The translations under genes were made by a program, and so were the position numbers. A stretch of 18,637 nucleotides of DNA from assembly GCA_051747585.1 (NCBI GenBank), contig JBNJGH010000067.1, positions 1-18,637 on the forward strand, read 5' to 3'. Of the stretch, positions 15,911-18,637 are shown piece by piece (position 1 is the stretch's first letter; the number at the start of each line of letters is the position of its first letter). The notes beneath the pieces were generated by a model that searched no databases, had not been told where the DNA came from, and worked only from the letters and a program-made list of their open reading frames with translations. The stretch is from Candidatus Rifleibacteriota bacterium. GTDB taxonomy: Bacteria; Muiribacteriota; Ozemobacteria; Ozemobacterales; Ozemobacteraceae.

Positions 15911-18637
15911 ATGAAAAAAAATATTTTTGTATTCGGACTAAATGACTCAAATCGTGCCCAGCTCGCATTGATACCCAATCCCGATGATTATGTTTTTCAT
16001 TCATTGCTTTCACCAGAAGAGCTTGTAGAAGCAGAAGCCTACGACTTCGACGATCTTTTGGATAAAGCCCGAAAACAACTTAAAAATTTTCCCGGAAGTA
16101 TCGATGGCTTGATCACTTTCTGGGATTTCCCTTCACCAGAATTAAAGGCTATTCTCTGTAAAGAATTCAATCTGCCGGCTCCATCGGTAGAAGCCTTGAT
16201 TAAATGTTCACATAAATACTTGAGCAGAGTAGAGCAGAAAAAAGTAATTCCGGCTAACATTCCTGGTTTTCAAGCTATAAATCCTTTTGATAAAGACCCT
16301 CTCGAAAAGATTAAATTGAATTTTCCTTTTTATTTAAAACCGGTTAAATCATACGCCAGTTACCTGAGTTTCAACGTCGCAGGACCCGAAGATTTTCAGG
16401 ATGCCATAGCAACCATAAGAAAAAGCATCAGCCGTTATGGCGGCCCTTATAACAGCTTTTTAAACCAGACTTCGTATAAAGACTATGAGGTTAATGCTGA
16501 ATACTGTATTGCCGAAGAAATGGTTTTCGGAAAAATGTGCACTATAGAGGGTTATTCTTACAACAACCAGGTAACAACCTTCGGGCTGGTTGATTCCCAT
16601 AGATTTCCCGGAAAAACGACCTTTTCAAGATACCAGTATCCTTCTTCGCTTTCTTTGTCGGTTAGAAAAAGAATAGATGAAATTGCAGAAAAGGTAATTA
16701 AACAGATTGGTTACGATAATGGAGCCTTTAACATAGAATTCTTTTACGACAAAAGGCTTGATAAAATCTGGCTGCTCGAAATAAATCCTCGAGTTTCGCA
16801 GTCACACAGCAACCTTTTTTATAAAGTTGACGGCGCTCCGAACCAGAAAGTTCTTATTGATATCGCTACCGGTGCAAAACCTGAGTTCCCATGGCGTAAG
16901 GGTGAATATAAGTATGCAGCAAAATTCTATTTAAGAGAGTTTCAAGATGGTATTGTCTCCCATGTCCCCGATAATGACACTATCCAGGAAATCGAAGAAG
17001 AATTTCCGGGTGCGATCATTCTTCCGCATGTAAAACTGGGTGACCGTTTGAGTGATTTGCACGATCAGGAGCCATACAGTTATCGACTCGGAGTGGTTTA
17101 TCTCGGTGGAGATTCTCAACAGCAACTTCTGGATAAATTCAGGGTATGTAAAAGTTCACTGGGTTTTCGCATCAGACCGGAATACCCCTTGATCAAAAAA
17201 AGAGGGCGCAAGCCTGCTGATGCCAGCTTTCAATTTCCGAAAATCGACAGCCGTGGGCAAAATGAAGTCGAGGTTATTGAGCATACCTGGATACCAATGG
17301 GTGATGGAACAAGACTTTCAGCTAGAATATGGCGGCCGAAAAACTCAAATCAGGCTCCTGTACCTGCAGTGCTTGAATATATTCCCTACCGTAAGAGAGA
17401 CCATACCCGAAGAAGCGATGAGATGGCTTACAATTATCTTGCTGCGCATGGTTTTGCCTGTTTAAGAGTAGATATGAGAGGAAGCGGTGAGTCAGAAGGA
17501 ATTCTCGAAGACGAATACCTTTCTCTTGAACAGCGAGATGGTATAGACATCTTGAACTGGATAGGCGAGCGCTCATGGTGTGACGGCAAAATCGGTATGA
17601 TTGGCATCTCATGGGGAGGTTTCAACAGCCTTCAGATTGCCGCGCTCAAACCTGCACAGTTAAAAGCGATAATTACCGTATGCTCAACCGATGATAGATA
17701 CAACGATGATGTCCACTACATGGGCGGAACCATGCTGGCTGACAACCTTTCCTGGGCAAGTATAATGTTTGCGAGAAACACACAGCCGCCCGACCCCGAG
17801 ATTGTTGGAGAAAAATGGTATGATATGTGGCTCGAGCGTCTTGAAGGCAGTGGTCTCTGGCTTGAAAAATGGATGAGACATCCCTGGCGCGATGAATACT
17901 GGAAACATGGATCTATTTGTGAAGATTACAGTGCAATAACCTGTCCGGTATTGGCGGTTGGAGGCTGGGCTGATGGTTATTCCAATGCAATCTTTCGTTT
18001 GCTCGACAAACTCGAGGTTCCATGTAAAGGAATTATCGGCCCCTGGAGCCATACTTATCCGCACTTTGGCAAACCCGGGCCTGCAATCGGATTTCTTCAG
18101 GAAACTTTACGCTGGTGGAATCACTGGTTGAAGGGTATAGATTCAGGTATAGAATCCGATCCGGCGTTAACGGTTTGGATGCAGAATTACGCCAAGCCAA
18201 TGGCTTTGATGGACCAGCGTCCGGGTAAATGGTTGACCTTACCCCAATGGCCTGACGACAGAATTAAAGAAGAATGTTTTTATTTCAATAATAATGGTGG
18301 TTTGAGTCCCTGCCAGAAAACAGAACCTGATGAAAAAGCTTACAAGGTTCAGTCTCCACTAAGCGTTGGACTATTTGGAGGAAAATGGTGTTCTTACAGT
18401 GTCACTCCGGATTTGCCTCATGACCAGCGTGAAGCAGATGGAGGTTCTTTGATATTTGAGAGCGAACCTCTTAAAAAACAAATTTCTATCCTTGGGTCAC
18501 CAGAAATTGAACTGGATATTTCGGCAAATCGTCCGGTGGCAATGGTTGCAGTGCGTCTATCAGAAATCTCGCCTGATGATAAAGCATCCAGAATTACCTA
18601 CGGTCTTCTTAACCTTACCCATAGAGATAGTCAGGAA
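15911..18637 (+). CDS. ATP-grasp ligase / CocE-NonD (peptidase S15) hydrolase fusion protein (partial, runs off the right edge)
   Basis: Not in the ORF track because there is no stop in the window. AGGAG RBS and ATG at 15911. Manual reading found 909 uninterrupted codons. ATP-grasp motifs: FPFYLKPVKSYAS, IAEEMV, FNIEFF, LLEINPR. CocE motifs: WIPMGDGTRLSARIWRP, EYIPYRK, VDMRGSGESEG, GISWGG (Ser at 17609), GGWAD, GPWSH. Confidence 0.88.
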   Translation, partial: MKKNIFVFGLNDSNRAQLALIPNPDDYVFHSLLSPEELVEAEAYDFDDLLDKARKQLKNFPGSIDGLITFWDFPSPELKAILCKEFNLPAPSVEALIKCSHKYLSRVEQKKVIPANIPGFQAINPFDKDPLEKIKLNFPFYLKPVKSYASYLSFNVAGPEDFQDAIATIRKSISRYGGPYNSFLNQTSYKDYEVNAEYCIAEEMVFGKMCTIEGYSYNNQVTTFGLVDSHRFPGKTTFSRYQYPSSLSLSVRKRIDEIAEKVIKQIGYDNGAFNIEFFYDKRLDKIWLLEINPRVSQSHSNLFYKVDGAPNQKVLIDIATGAKPEFPWRKGEYKYAAKFYLREFQDGIVSHVPDNDTIQEIEEEFPGAIILPHVKLGDRLSDLHDQEPYSYRLGVVYLGGDSQQQLLDKFRVCKSSLGFRIRPEYPLIKKRGRKPADASFQFPKIDSRGQNEVEVIEHTWIPMGDGTRLSARIWRPKNSNQAPVPAVLEYIPYRKRDHTRRSDEMAYNYLAAHGFACLRVDMRGSGESEGILEDEYLSLEQRDGIDILNWIGERSWCDGKIGMIGISWGGFNSLQIAALKPAQLKAIITVCSTDDRYNDDVHYMGGTMLADNLSWASIMFARNTQPPDPEIVGEKWYDMWLERLEGSGLWLEKWMRHPWRDEYWKHGSICEDYSAITCPVLAVGGWADGYSNAIFRLLDKLEVPCKGIIGPWSHTYPHFGKPGPAIGFLQETLRWWNHWLKGIDSGIESDPALTVWMQNYAKPMALMDQRPGKWLTLPQWPDDRIKEECFYFNNNGGLSPCQKTEPDEKAYKVQSPLSVGLFGGKWCSYSVTPDLPHDQREADGGSLIFESEPLKKQISILGSPEIELDISANRPVAMVAVRLSEISPDDKASRITYGLLNLTHRDSQE

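Noticed and set aside
15381..18064. ORFs 15381-15683, 16039-16260, 16931-17125, 17220-17465, 17322-17612, 17434-17625 and 17684-18064
   Set aside because: All lie within or antisense to the TA genes or the frame +2 ATP-grasp/CocE ORF. The AAGAGGG...TGATG at 17200-17222 is out of frame with both domains, so it is not the CocE start.
1..18637. CRISPR arrays, tRNA/rRNA genes, transposases or integrases
   Set aside because: I saw no regularly spaced repeats, RNA gene signatures or recombinase motifs. Nearly all of the sequence is accounted for by CDSs.

Overview
AT-rich bacterial genomic window. The gene style (many prepilin-like genes with very large PilX-like members) suggests an uncultured lineage such as Candidatus Riflebacteria, but this is a low-confidence impression. 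Bases ~307-14694 form one tightly packed minus-strand gene run. It begins with a secreted SH3b-NlpC/P60-like cell-wall hydrolase, a secreted beta-propeller and an SH3b-only protein. These are followed by a type IV minor-pilin-like triplet (large PilX-like, PilV-like, PilW-like), a PHP phosphoesterase and a second, paralogous triplet. In the second triplet, the large PilX-like gene is separated from its PilV/PilW partners by an ECF sigma, a ZAS-FecR anti-sigma, a secreted hypothetical, a serine hydrolase-Ig protein and an EF-hand protein. Three intergenic copies of an ECF-type promoter (TGTGACA-N16-KGTCWA) define a probable local regulon that covers the second pilin set. On the plus strand are a DUF3006-like gene, an RHH/MazF toxin-antitoxin pair and a >=909-codon ORF missed by the ORF track, which fuses an ATP-grasp ligase in frame to a CocE/NonD (S15) hydrolase. 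A partial ACT-domain (UPF0237-like) gene, also missing from the track, lies at the left edge.
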